DNA of 32,000 bases from Hyperthermus butylicus DSM 5456. Its GTDB lineage: Archaea > Thermoproteota > Thermoprotei_A > Sulfolobales > Pyrodictiaceae. Position 1 is the stretch's first letter. Every line of letters starts with the position of its first letter. The stretch covers positions 330,001 through 362,000 of the forward strand of contig NC_008818.1 of assembly GCF_000015145.1 (NCBI RefSeq). The letters are read 5' to 3'. Below are positions 9,223 to 18,225 of this stretch, piece by piece. The notes beneath the pieces were generated by a model that had not been told where the DNA came from, ran no database searches, and saw nothing but the letters and a program-made list of their open reading frames with translations. A program made the translations under genes and the position numbers.

Positions 9223-9625
9223 AACACAATCAGCCCGCGAGATCCCAGTTTAACCCCCAGCCCACAACACGGAAGCAAGTAACGCTACAAACAGCCAGAG
9301 GCGAAGGAAGCCCAGGATACAGCTAGGCTAAAGAGGATAAGTACAGCTATGAGCACCTATCCAATGCTCATAAAACTTGTGTCTTCATTTACTTGATAAT
9401 TTTTACATTAACGCTCTCCTCATACAAATTAGTCGTTGCAAGGATTCCGAGAGCAAGTATCAATAATCTTCATGTGGGGACTAGCCTTCAGCTCTGTTGC
9501 TTGCGACTTCCCAGTGTATACGGTTTGGTATTGTACAACTTTGATTTATCGTTGGGCTAGCAGTTGGTCTTCATGCAGGGTTTTAGTGAGGTTTATTCCG
9601 GGGTAAGGGTGATTGTTCTGTTGCT

Positions 9626-9711
9626 CGGGCGGGCGGGCGGCTCACCCGCCCGGACTCCGGGGCGTCACCCCGGTTGGGTGAGGGCGGGGTCCACAGGGGC
9701 GGCGCCCACCC
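9626..9711 (+). ncRNA. candidate structured RNA or cis-element: three consecutive GC-rich hairpins
   Basis: H1 is CGGGCGGG(9630-9637)/CCCGCCCG(9645-9652). H2 is CCGGGG(9657-9662)/CCCCGG(9668-9673). H3 is GGGTG(9676-9680)/CACCC(9707-9711) plus inner GGCG/CGCC. The element is 72/86 G+C against about 32% GC in the flank 9361-9420. A TATA-like TTTATT sits at 9592-9597. The strand call rests only on one G-U pair in H3. Confidence 0.3.
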
Positions 9712-9807
9712 TTCTACCCTCATTTATGCAGTTGAGTACTGTTTATACGATTTGGATTTTTACTAGTAGTATCCCCTAAACTGTTCCTGGAAGAGGTGCT
9801 TCCCGTT

Positions 9808-11643
9808 ATGGCTAGCGAGAAGCTCTTCTCCTGGTTCAAGCGCATCTTGTGGGTTGACCTCTCAAGGGGCGAGTTTCGGGAGTGGCGCTATCCCGGCGAG
9901 ATGGCTAGGATGTTTGTTGGAGGTAGGGGCTATGCGATCAAGATACTCTGGGACCACTTGCCGGAAGGTGCTGACCCCCTGGGTCCCGACAATTTGCTAA
10001 TACTCGCTGTCGGACCTCTCACCGGGCTTCCTGGCCCCTCTACCGGGAAGATGGTCGTGGCTGCTAAAAGCCCGCTAACGGGCGGCTACGGCGACGGCAA
10101 TATAGGTACCAGGGCTGCTGTCAACCTACGAGCCGCCGGCTGGGACGCAGTGGTCATTCGGGGCGTGGCCAGGAAGCCCTCTATACTCGTGATAGAGGAT
10201 GATAAGGCCTGGCTAGAGCCCGCCGACGACCTATGGGGCCTCGATACGTTCCGGGCTGCTGACAAGCTCGAGGAGAGGTTTGGCAAGACCGCAGGCATAC
10301 TGTTGATAGGGCCTGGCGGCGAGAACATGGTACGCTATGCAACCATCGTATCGCAGAAGGGCCGCTCCGGCGGTAGACCAGGCATGGGCGCTGTTATGGG
10401 CTCCAAGAAGCTGAAGGCGATAGTTGTAAGGGGCACGAAAAAGCCAGAGTTATTCCATCCGGAGGAGGAGCTAAGGATAGGCACAGAGGCCATTAAATTT
10501 GTCAAGAGTAGCCCGAACTACGAGTTCTGGATGAGGCAGGGCACGATGATGACAATCGAGTGGTCGCAGAATGCCAGCGTACTGCCAACCTACAACTTCC
10601 GCGAGGGCGTCTTCGACGGATGGGAGGGGATAAGCGGTAACTACATGGAGAAAGTAAAGGTTACCACGAAGAGCTGCCCACTATGCCCGATGAGCTGTGG
10701 CCATGTGGTAAAGGATGCTGAGGGCCAGCCCTCCGAGCTAGACTACGAGAATGTGGCAATGCTCGGCAGTAACATAGGAATATCCAGGCTCGAGGATGCT
10801 GCGCTGCTTAACAGGCTAGCAGACATGTACGGCATTGATACGATTAGCCTGGGGAACACTCTCGGCTACGCACTTGAGGCGGCGGAGAGAGGTAAGCTAG
10901 AACTAGACGCCACTTGGGGCGAAACGAGGAAGCTCGCAAAGCTTGTAGAGGACATAGCCTATCGCCGCGGCGTCGGCGACCTCCTCGCAGAGGGTGTGAA
11001 GCGAGTCTCCGAGAAGGTTGGCGAGACCTGGTATGCTATGCATGTCAAGGGCCTAGAAGTGAGCGCTTATGATTGTCACGCAGCCCCGGGCATGGCACTG
11101 AGCTATGCTACGAGCCCGATTGGGGCACACCATAAGGATGCCTGGGTCATATCGTGGGAGGTGCAGCACGGCAGGTTCAAGTATGGCAGGGAGAAGGTGC
11201 TAAGGGTTATCGAGCTGCAGAGAATACGCGGTGGCTTCTTCGAGACAGCAGTAACCTGCAGATTTCCCTTCGTAGAGCTGGGCCTCGCACTAGACTACTA
11301 CGTGAAAATGTTCCAGGCCGCAACAGGGCTCAGCTACAGTCTCGAAGACCACTTCACCGTCGCCGACCGGATCTACACGCTGATAAGGCTGTTCTGGGTG
11401 CGCGAGCACGGTGGCTGGGGCATAGAGATGGACCTGCCGCCGGAGAGGTGGTTCCGCGAGCCCCTGACCAAGGGCCCGCTTAAGGGCGCCAAGCTAGACA
11501 AGGACAAGTTCATCGAGATGCTGAAGATATACTACAGGGAGAGGGGCTGGGCTGAGAACGGTGTACCATTGCCGGAGACGGTGAAAAAACTCGGTCTAGG
11601 CGAGGATGCTGTAAGGCTAGCAGAAAGATACTCATCAAAATAA
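9808..11643 (+). CDS. aor: tungsten-containing aldehyde:ferredoxin oxidoreductase family protein
   Basis: Collinear with the AOR family along its full length: WFKRILWVDLSRGEF, GGRGYAIK, KSPLTGGYGDGNIG, GPGGENMVRYA, CPLCPMSCGHV (4Fe-4S ligands), YATSPIGAHH. I preferred ATG 9808, preceded by GAGGTG at 9793-9798, over the longest-ORF GTG at 9796. Confidence 0.9.
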   Translation: MASEKLFSWFKRILWVDLSRGEFREWRYPGEMARMFVGGRGYAIKILWDHLPEGADPLGPDNLLILAVGPLTGLPGPSTGKMVVAAKSPLTGGYGDGNIGTRAAVNLRAAGWDAVVIRGVARKPSILVIEDDKAWLEPADDLWGLDTFRAADKLEERFGKTAGILLIGPGGENMVRYATIVSQKGRSGGRPGMGAVMGSKKLKAIVVRGTKKPELFHPEEELRIGTEAIKFVKSSPNYEFWMRQGTMMTIEWSQNASVLPTYNFREGVFDGWEGISGNYMEKVKVTTKSCPLCPMSCGHVVKDAEGQPSELDYENVAMLGSNIGISRLEDAALLNRLADMYGIDTISLGNTLGYALEAAERGKLELDATWGETRKLAKLVEDIAYRRGVGDLLAEGVKRVSEKVGETWYAMHVKGLEVSAYDCHAAPGMALSYATSPIGAHHKDAWVISWEVQHGRFKYGREKVLRVIELQRIRGGFFETAVTCRFPFVELGLALDYYVKMFQAATGLSYSLEDHFTVADRIYTLIRLFWVREHGGWGIEMDLPPERWFREPLTKGPLKGAKLDKDKFIEMLKIYYRERGWAENGVPLPETVKKLGLGEDAVRLAERYSSK

Positions 11644-11686
11644 CCCATAGCCAAGGGAGCGAGCCCGATGAGGGTTCCCGGCCGCG

Positions 11687-11692
11687 TTTTTT
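11687..11692 (+). terminator. oligo-T tract downstream of aor
   Basis: TTTTTT lies 44 nt after the aor stop, in a 69-nt convergent intergenic gap. Archaeal terminators are typically oligo-T. Confidence 0.3.
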
Positions 11693-11712
11693 CCCAGCTC
11701 ATCCTCGCCCAT

Positions 11713-12603
11713 CTATGGTTGCTCCGGGTAATGGTAGAATGTCACCGTGTCGGCCTCCAGCAGGGCTGCACCAGCCCTCATGCCGTGGTAGAGGCTCGAG
11801 AATACCGTGACCACCTTTCCCTCCAGCTGGTCTATCGTGTAGCTGCCGTGTAGGCCCTCGACAACGTTTTCCCGGCCCGTCAGTCTGACCGCGTCTACTA
11901 CCTCATGGGCGCGTATGATCAGCCTCGCATTGTTGACTTTGAGGAAACTGGTCCAGGACCTCCACCCGTAGTAGTAGGTGCCGGGGCCACGTATGTTGGG
12001 GGAGAACCAGTCTATGGAGGGACTAGGATCGTTCCAGAGGAGCTGGAATACTAGTGGGTCAGCCGGGCCTAAGCCATCCCTTCTACAGTACAGCTCCCCC
12101 ATCCTAGAAGCCAGCTCGCTCATACCTATGGGGTCTTCGGGCTCGCCAGTGCAGCGGCGGCAGGGCACACCACCATGGAGCATTATTATGTCGCCACGCC
12201 TAGCAATGTATGGTAGGCACGTGTAGAGCCTCCATATATCGTCGAGAATCTCATAGCCAAGCTTGTTTGCGACCTCGTCCCGAAAGCCGTAGTAGTAGTT
12301 CATGTCTGGGCTCTCATGGTTTCCTCGGAGTAGCACTAGTCTCCCGGGCTCCTCGACAAGCTTTGCCAATAGAAGCTCTAGGTTTTCTACACCACGGCTT
12401 CCACGGTCAACATAGTCCCCCAGGAATACTATGCGGTCAGCTCCCAGGGCATCCGCGAGGCGTAAAGCCCATTCTGTGGCCTCGGGGTAACCGTGGGTAT
12501 CCCCTACAACCAGGACCTTCTCGTCCGCCCCTAGTTCGACGACTGGCCCCATGTGGGATAGTATGTCGAGAGCATCGCGGATTAGCTCCAGGAGCCTAGC
12601 CAT
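11713..12603 (-). CDS. PPP-family serine/threonine protein phosphatase (PP1-arch type metallophosphoesterase)
   Basis: Canonical motifs GDTHG, GDYVDRG and LRGNHE are present in the correct order and spacing. Confidence 0.85.
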   Translation of the reverse strand: MARLLELIRDALDILSHMGPVVELGADEKVLVVGDTHGYPEATEWALRLADALGADRIVFLGDYVDRGSRGVENLELLLAKLVEEPGRLVLLRGNHESPDMNYYYGFRDEVANKLGYEILDDIWRLYTCLPYIARRGDIIMLHGGVPCRRCTGEPEDPIGMSELASRMGELYCRRDGLGPADPLVFQLLWNDPSPSIDWFSPNIRGPGTYYYGWRSWTSFLKVNNARLIIRAHEVVDAVRLTGRENVVEGLHGSYTIDQLEGKVVTVFSSLYHGMRAGAALLEADTVTFYHYPEQP

Positions 12604-12727
12604 ACCAGGACACCCATCCCGGAAGTATGGGGGTGTGGTGGAAAACTAGACTAGCCCCTACTTGTATACGCGCGTGTTCGAGGGTGAATAATGCGGCAAG
12701 GGTAGGAGTGGCAGGTGCTGCTGTGCC

Positions 12728-13489
12728 TTGGTGGATCCGGCTGCTAGGGTTGTTAACTTGTTAAGGGTTATCTACGATATTCTCGGAGAGAGCGTAGGGT
12801 TTCCACGCCTAGCTCTTGGGGCTTCTGGCTCGCGGTTCTACCGTGTACGGGCCAGGATACGTGTACCTGTTGCTGGTATCGTTGCGAGACGCTTCATAGG
12901 CGGCAGTGTTGAAGGGTTTAACGTGATGGTTCTCCGCGGCGCTATACATGTTGAACCCCTGCTAGCTACGGGGTTCCCCACAATAGTGTCTATCGGTGCT
13001 AGGAGACTCTACAATGCCGCCTATAGCTCGATAGCTTTGATGGCTGATATGGAGGCCTACCGGAGGATACTCAGCGCTGCAGGGCTATGGGCTAGGGAGG
13101 TTAGGGAGTACGCGGAGGCTCTGGCTGAGGGTGTTAGGGAGTGGTTTGAATCACGGCAACCACCGAGCGGTAGGCTGCAGTCGGTGGAGTATGGTGTCCG
13201 GAGGGTTACTGAGAACGCCGTGTTTATTGGGCCACAGGGGTCCCGGACGTGTTCCAGGATGATCGTATCGGGCCATGTAAGCTTCCATGAGCCAACCGGT
13301 ATACTACTACGCGTAGACTGTGATGGCGAGCTTGTGCTGGCTGTGCGGGAGGCTGCATCACCCGTAGAGCTTGAGGGCGACGTAGTGACGGTGCTTGAGG
13401 AGCTATATGACATGGTGAGGGAGGATCTGGAAGACATAGAGAAGCTCCGCGAGACAATACACGCAACTGCACGAAAACTGTCGGGCTAG
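12728..13489 (+). CDS. hypothetical protein
   Basis: 253-aa ORF with coding-like composition and no recognisable motif. It ends 15 nt before the next co-directional ORF. Confidence 0.5.
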   Translation: MVDPAARVVNLLRVIYDILGESVGFPRLALGASGSRFYRVRARIRVPVAGIVARRFIGGSVEGFNVMVLRGAIHVEPLLATGFPTIVSIGARRLYNAAYSSIALMADMEAYRRILSAAGLWAREVREYAEALAEGVREWFESRQPPSGRLQSVEYGVRRVTENAVFIGPQGSRTCSRMIVSGHVSFHEPTGILLRVDCDGELVLAVREAASPVELEGDVVTVLEELYDMVREDLEDIEKLRETIHATARKLSG

Positions 13490-13504
13490 AGGGTGTAAAG
13501 GGTC

Positions 13505-14992
13505 TTGGAGAGAAGTTTACAGCTGAGAAGCTTTGCAACACCAATAGCGCTATGGGAGGATGAGGTCCCCTCGGAAGCGCCACACCATGTGGCAGCTGCA
13601 TCGATACTGTACTATGTGGAGCTGAGGAGGAGGCGCAGAGGCTTATTCTCAGGGCCTGAGAGAGTCTCAAGACTCTCAATAGTCTACTGGCCCTTCTTCA
13701 TAACACGCCGTAGTGATGGAAGAGTTCTCCTCGTAGATCTCCTCGGCCTACATGTGTTCAGGTCGCGTTACCCCGTTCCAGCCAGGCTTTCGGAGGCTAT
13801 TGCTCTTGCACAATCGATACCAGAAGTTGGCCCCCACAAGGCGCTAGACTTTATGAGGGATCTCTGGAGGCTTCTCGACAATGTATTTGAATATAAGACT
13901 GTAGAGGTTCCAGGCCTCGTTGAGGATGTCGAGTCTGTCGAGGATCTCGTCACTGTCTCCAGGGAGGCCACTGTTAGGCAGGACTGCATAATAGGCCCTC
14001 TACTCAACCCCTACGATGCCGAGAAGATGCTTGAAGTTCTTGACAAGGCTTGTATGGAGATTCTCCACACTTACAAGATGCTAGAACAGCTCCAGCAGAT
14101 AGTTATGAGGGCTACACAGCTTGTAGTAGAGGCTCTCGACCGTGAAGCTGAGCACATAACGGGCGAGTATGGTAGGGCTATACAAGCCGTTCAGTCCAGG
14201 ATAAACGCGAAGATGGCTAATGTTAAGCCGGAGCTGGAGGATATAGTTGGTAAGCTCTGGGACCGGTACTCGAGGCGCATGGCGGAGATAGCCACACGTA
14301 TCGAGGAGCTGAAGAGGCGTGGGAGGGTTGAGGGAGAGAGGGCTAGGGAGGTCGCGAGGCTTGAGAAGGAGCTACAGAGGCTGAAGAGAAGGCTCGAGGA
14401 GGAGACCGAGACCGTTAGGAAACGTTACTCTAAGAGGATTGAGGGCGAGGAGAAGGAGATCCACAACCTGGTCCGGGAGCGCGAGAGAAAGCTGGCAGAG
14501 GTTAGGAAGCTAAAACATAAGGCTGTCACGTTCTCCGACGAGCTTCTAGAGGCTATAAACTCTCTACTAGATAGGGTTGCTGCCAGCCGCTCCACACTCT
14601 GCGGCGCCGGTATGATTCAACGCCAGGTCCTCGGCGAGGGACCAGCACTACTCCACGTCGCTATCGGTGTTGCAGAGTTGAGGAGGGGGAAGGGAGGCCG
14701 GAGGCTACTACTCGTACCCCCACTAGCTGCTCAGAGGGAACCCCTGTGGGGTAGAGAGCCCATCAGCTCGTGGAGGGCCAGCTCTCGGCTCGTGGCTAGG
14801 CTTGAGGAGGCAATCCATGCCATGAAGAGGTTCGGCGAGACAGTCGAGCCAGCAACGGAGGCATGTAGGGTGGATCCGAAGGAGTTTAAAAGGCTTGCAG
14901 CTCGCGGCCTCGAAGAACTGGTAAGCCACGGCGTCATAGCCGGGGATAGGGCCGAGGAGCTACTAGAGGCGCTTCAGGGGTACTGGTTCTAG
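13505..14992 (+). CDS. hypothetical protein with central charged coiled-coil
   Basis: 495-aa ORF. It contains a long Arg/Glu/Lys heptad-like stretch (RIEELKRRGRVEGERAREVARLEKELQRLKRRLEEETETVRKRY...). No enzymatic motif recognised. Confidence 0.55.
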   Translation: MERSLQLRSFATPIALWEDEVPSEAPHHVAAASILYYVELRRRRRGLFSGPERVSRLSIVYWPFFITRRSDGRVLLVDLLGLHVFRSRYPVPARLSEAIALAQSIPEVGPHKALDFMRDLWRLLDNVFEYKTVEVPGLVEDVESVEDLVTVSREATVRQDCIIGPLLNPYDAEKMLEVLDKACMEILHTYKMLEQLQQIVMRATQLVVEALDREAEHITGEYGRAIQAVQSRINAKMANVKPELEDIVGKLWDRYSRRMAEIATRIEELKRRGRVEGERAREVARLEKELQRLKRRLEEETETVRKRYSKRIEGEEKEIHNLVRERERKLAEVRKLKHKAVTFSDELLEAINSLLDRVAASRSTLCGAGMIQRQVLGEGPALLHVAIGVAELRRGKGGRRLLLVPPLAAQREPLWGREPISSWRASSRLVARLEEAIHAMKRFGETVEPATEACRVDPKEFKRLAARGLEELVSHGVIAGDRAEELLEALQGYWF

Positions 14993-16026
14993 AGGCTTAG
15001 GCTTAGCCTCCTAAGCTCCTCCTCCAGCTGCCTCATATCCACGCCACTGCGCAACTTCACTACCGCCAAGCCGCCATGCCCACCAATGTTTTCTGCTAGA
15101 CCTTCCCGCATGAGGCCAGCCGCCACCCTGTATGCTCCACGCCCACGGCTACGGATTATGAGGAGAAGGGCGCCATCACCCCTCTCGACGAGCAGAGCCA
15201 CCGGCTGGCGTAGAACCTTATACAGCTTAGATGCAAGCGCGCTTGCTCCACGGCCGCTCCACTTGCCGCGGGCATCCACGAGCTTTATGTAGCCTATCCT
15301 CCTAGCAGAGAACGCCAGCTCCCTGGCCTTATCCATTATCTCCCTATCGCTCTCCTCAGCTATTCTTATGACGCGCTCAACCATCTCCCTATCTATAGGC
15401 AAGTCTTGGGGCAGTGGACTCGCGAGCCACCGCACAAGCTTTCTCCATAGCTCAGCATCGCGTAGAACAGTGGAGGCCTTTGATATGCTTGCTGCAAGCT
15501 TTACTATCCTCGCCTCCGCTTCTGTTAGCGGCCTCCTACTCCTCTCAAGCACCCCGACAGCATTCATGAATGCTTGTAGTCTCGGTGTGAGCCTCTGAAC
15601 TCCGAGACTGCGCAAGAGATGATACGTCAATATCGCTGTTGGCTTGTGGCCAAGGTAGATCTCTTCGCTTAGCTCGTAGAGCTTCTTCGACATGTAAAGA
15701 GTGGAGAAGTGGTGATCTATGTAGACTAGCCTTAGCCCCTTACACTGGGACAGCGCGTTTCGGAGTGATGAGTAGACACGCTCGGTTAAAGGTATATCAA
15801 GTACTGCTATGACATCGGGGCATCCATAAGCTTCTAAGTGCTGGGCCAGTGTGTCGGGAAAGCTTCGAGGTCCAGCAGGCGCGAGATGCATGTCATGTCT
15901 GCCGCGGAGAGGATACACTTTCCGGTAGTACTGCGCATAGTATATCATGGCAGCCGACGTGGCGCCATCCGCATCCCAGTCAGCAATTACTAGTACTGGT
16001 ATGCGTACAGCAGTCTTAGCCGCCAC
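14989..16026 (-). CDS. DHH-family phosphoesterase (RecJ/Cdc45-like or NrnA-like)
   Basis: DHH motifs I and II (VLVIADWDADG), VLD, and motif III (YIDHHFS), with a C-terminal GGHGG typical of DHHA1. The stop overlaps the convergent upstream gene by 4 nt. Confidence 0.7.
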   Translation of the reverse strand: MAAKTAVRIPVLVIADWDADGATSAAMIYYAQYYRKVYPLRGRHDMHLAPAGPRSFPDTLAQHLEAYGCPDVIAVLDIPLTERVYSSLRNALSQCKGLRLVYIDHHFSTLYMSKKLYELSEEIYLGHKPTAILTYHLLRSLGVQRLTPRLQAFMNAVGVLERSRRPLTEAEARIVKLAASISKASTVLRDAELWRKLVRWLASPLPQDLPIDREMVERVIRIAEESDREIMDKARELAFSARRIGYIKLVDARGKWSGRGASALASKLYKVLRQPVALLVERGDGALLLIIRSRGRGAYRVAAGLMREGLAENIGGHGGLAVVKLRSGVDMRQLEEELRRLSLSL

Positions 16027-16353
16027 GCGTAAACCCCAAACAGCTAGGCCCCAGGGAGCCCCCTATCAAGCCAGCCCCAGCTGCGAATCGGGGGCCCTTG
16101 GGACAGCACTTGACCCCACTCTGACCCTCTCATCAATACCGCATTGGGTTCAGCGCCTATGTTGCGGGCATCGGGCCCCCTCTACGCTACACATTACTAT
16201 TCCATTGGGGCTTAACGTTTACGTCGAACACTACACAATGCGTCTTTGCTGATTCTGCAGAGAGCACCAAGATAGACATGCAAAAGGGTTTTCGGAGTCG
16301 ATGAGGATATCAGAATATAACACTGCAGATGTAGCTATCCTAATTTGGCATTG

Positions 16354-17088
16354 ATGGTGTCTGGCGAGATTTTTAACGAAGGGCTAGCCGCTATGCTTCA
16401 GAGTAGCCGTCGCGGTGGCATTGCATTGTTTGAGCTAAAGCCTGGCAGCACTCTAGAGTATGGGCTTGTACGTGCAAACTATACAGAGAATGGAGAGCTT
16501 GAAGTCTGTGATCCCTACGGCTGCACTAGGGCACGGATTCTCGGCTCTACAAGGGTTGGCTTGCAGCCAGTAGCCCCAGTACATAGGCCTTCGAGAATTT
16601 CGAACTGTATCTACCTAGAGTTTCCCGAGCCACTCGTAGTCCACAGTGGTACGCATATCTGGGCTGTCGTGCCGTTCGATCTAGCTGTCATGACTAGGAG
16701 CGTTGTAATAGGCTATGTAGCGCCTCTTCGAGTAAAATACACCCTTATTGGTGATATAGTTGATGGCAATATTTGTAGGTACTACCGTACACGTATAGCC
16801 AAGGAGCCAGCTGTCCTCAAACTAGAGCCAGGCGAAGCTGTAATGGAGATAATGTTTCGCGGCGAGGAAGCATCACTTTCAGGCGTAGGCTTCCACATTG
16901 CCGGCCTACAATTCTATAGCGATGGCAGCATTATATACTATCCAAGGCTCGAAGTAGTTGTTTCGGGGCAGAGAGCGGAGTCAAAGCTTTCGGGTAGACC
17001 AAACGTGGAGGATCTGAGACCGCTAGGTGCTAGAATGCACTTGCCACGCATCCCCATAACTCAGACGTTCGTAACCCCCCTCGGGTGA
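16354..17088 (+). CDS. hypothetical protein
   Basis: The ORF opens at TTG 16345, and the first ATG is at 16354. No motif recognised. It ends 6 nt before the MscS paralog 2 start. Confidence 0.5.
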   Translation: MVSGEIFNEGLAAMLQSSRRGGIALFELKPGSTLEYGLVRANYTENGELEVCDPYGCTRARILGSTRVGLQPVAPVHRPSRISNCIYLEFPEPLVVHSGTHIWAVVPFDLAVMTRSVVIGYVAPLRVKYTLIGDIVDGNICRYYRTRIAKEPAVLKLEPGEAVMEIMFRGEEASLSGVGFHIAGLQFYSDGSIIYYPRLEVVVSGQRAESKLSGRPNVEDLRPLGARMHLPRIPITQTFVTPLG

Positions 17089-17094
17089 CCATGC

Positions 17095-17997
17095 ATGGGC
17101 CAACAGGATGGATTGATAGCTGGTCTAGAGGCATATGCCGGTAAGATACTTGCATCCATGGCGATAATAGTAGCAACAGTCTTCATAGCAGCAATGGCAA
17201 AGCATGTTATAAGAAGGAGTCTACAGCAACGGCTACCCCTCCACATCTACAAGACAATAGAAAACATAGTCTTCTACAGTATAGTTGCAGCAGGGGCCAT
17301 ATCTATACTAGGCCTATTCGGCGTCAGCCTCTCCGGCCTAATAGTTGCAGGCGGGTTCGCAGGCCTGGTCGTAGGTCTTGCCAGCCAGCAGACAATCTCA
17401 AACCTCGTTAGCGGTATCTTCCTACTAATAGAGCAGCCGCTCCGTGTGGGAGACCCAGTAAACATAGACAATGTTGGCGGCATCGTGGCAGACATAGGCA
17501 TACTCTCGACGAGAATAAGAACTTGGGATGGCTACATTGTACGGATACCAAACTCAAAAGTGTTCGACGCAAAAATAGAAAACTACCAACGCACCAAAGC
17601 CAGGAGAGTCGAGTACGAGGTCGGGATAAGCTACCGGAGCGACATAGAGAAAGCCATTGAAGCCCTCAGAAAGATGATTGAGGAGCATCCCTACTGCCTC
17701 GTAAATCCCGGCCCACAAATATTCGTGGACCGCTATGCCGATTCAGCCGTAATCCTCAAGATTCGGTGTTGGACCCCGCCGCAGGTTTGGTTTAACACCA
17801 AGATAGAACTACAGACGATGACAAAGAAGGTACTGGAAGAAGCTGGTGTCGAGATACCATTCCCACAGCTAGATCTACACATAAAGGATTCAACAACGAT
17901 ACCAGTAGAGTTCTCGCCTATGGAGAGAGAAAAGGAACAAAACCAAGAGAGCATAAGAGAAGACAATAAAAACACAAGCATGGTAGGAGACTCCTAG
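17095..17997 (+). CDS. small-conductance mechanosensitive channel (MscS family), paralog 2
   Basis: MscS core GLASQQTISNLVSGIFLLIEQPLRVGDPV...RIPNSKVF...GVEIPFPQ. Clearly homologous to the 8311..9222 product. Confidence 0.85.
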   Translation: MGQQDGLIAGLEAYAGKILASMAIIVATVFIAAMAKHVIRRSLQQRLPLHIYKTIENIVFYSIVAAGAISILGLFGVSLSGLIVAGGFAGLVVGLASQQTISNLVSGIFLLIEQPLRVGDPVNIDNVGGIVADIGILSTRIRTWDGYIVRIPNSKVFDAKIENYQRTKARRVEYEVGISYRSDIEKAIEALRKMIEEHPYCLVNPGPQIFVDRYADSAVILKIRCWTPPQVWFNTKIELQTMTKKVLEEAGVEIPFPQLDLHIKDSTTIPVEFSPMEREKEQNQESIREDNKNTSMVGDS

Positions 17998-18014
17998 TAT
18001 TATATCAACAATAT

Positions 18015-18076
18015 GGATGATGACCTTTCGGTCGCCCCGAAGCCAGTCTCGGTGTGGACATTTCCTCCCTCTGACC
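18015..18076 (+). ncRNA. candidate C/D box sRNA
   Basis: GG-ATGATGA(18017-18023)-13 nt-CCGA(18037-18040)-12 nt-TGTGGA(18053-18058)-12 nt-CTGA(18071-18074)-CC. The C and D boxes are perfect and the D guide is exactly 12 nt. The C' and D' boxes are degenerate. A 2-bp terminal GG/CC stem is present. Confidence 0.35.
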
Positions 18077-18225
18077 GGGGGGTTCCCACTTGTGGTCCAG
18101 CCAAGATCTATACCATTCACGGTTTACTCGCCACGGTTGCTCTTGCAAGAGTGTTCCAGCGAAAATACGCAAAAACTATAAGTTCACTAACGCTTAAACA
18201 CTACAATGCAACTGTTCCAACAGAG

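Noticed and set aside
9348-9372. 8-bp inverted repeat TATGAGCA/TGCTCATA with a 9-nt spacer in the mscS-aor intergenic region.
   Set aside because: It is a single short palindrome in AT-rich DNA and could be a transcription-factor site. Chance occurrence is plausible and nothing else supports it.
9689-9696. TCCACAGG inside hairpin 3 resembles the core of crenarchaeal origin recognition boxes, and it sits next to an AT-rich stretch (9340-9560), which suggested a replication origin.
   Set aside because: There is only one partial match, with no inverted ORB pair, no full ORB consensus with a G-string, and no orc1/cdc6 gene nearby.
9564-9779. 71-aa plus-strand ORF spanning the GC-rich hairpin block.
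   Set aside because: The translation (GRAGGSPARTPGRHPGWVRAGSTGAAP...) is what a GC-rich structured element yields by chance. There is no RBS or promoter logic, so an RNA or cis-element is the better interpretation.
18013-18225. ATG-initiated N-terminal extension of the Gly-zipper membrane protein ORF.
   Set aside because: The extension has non-membrane, low-information sequence and overlaps the C/D box candidate. An in-frame GTG within a GAGGTG context at 18226 gives a compact all-membrane product.
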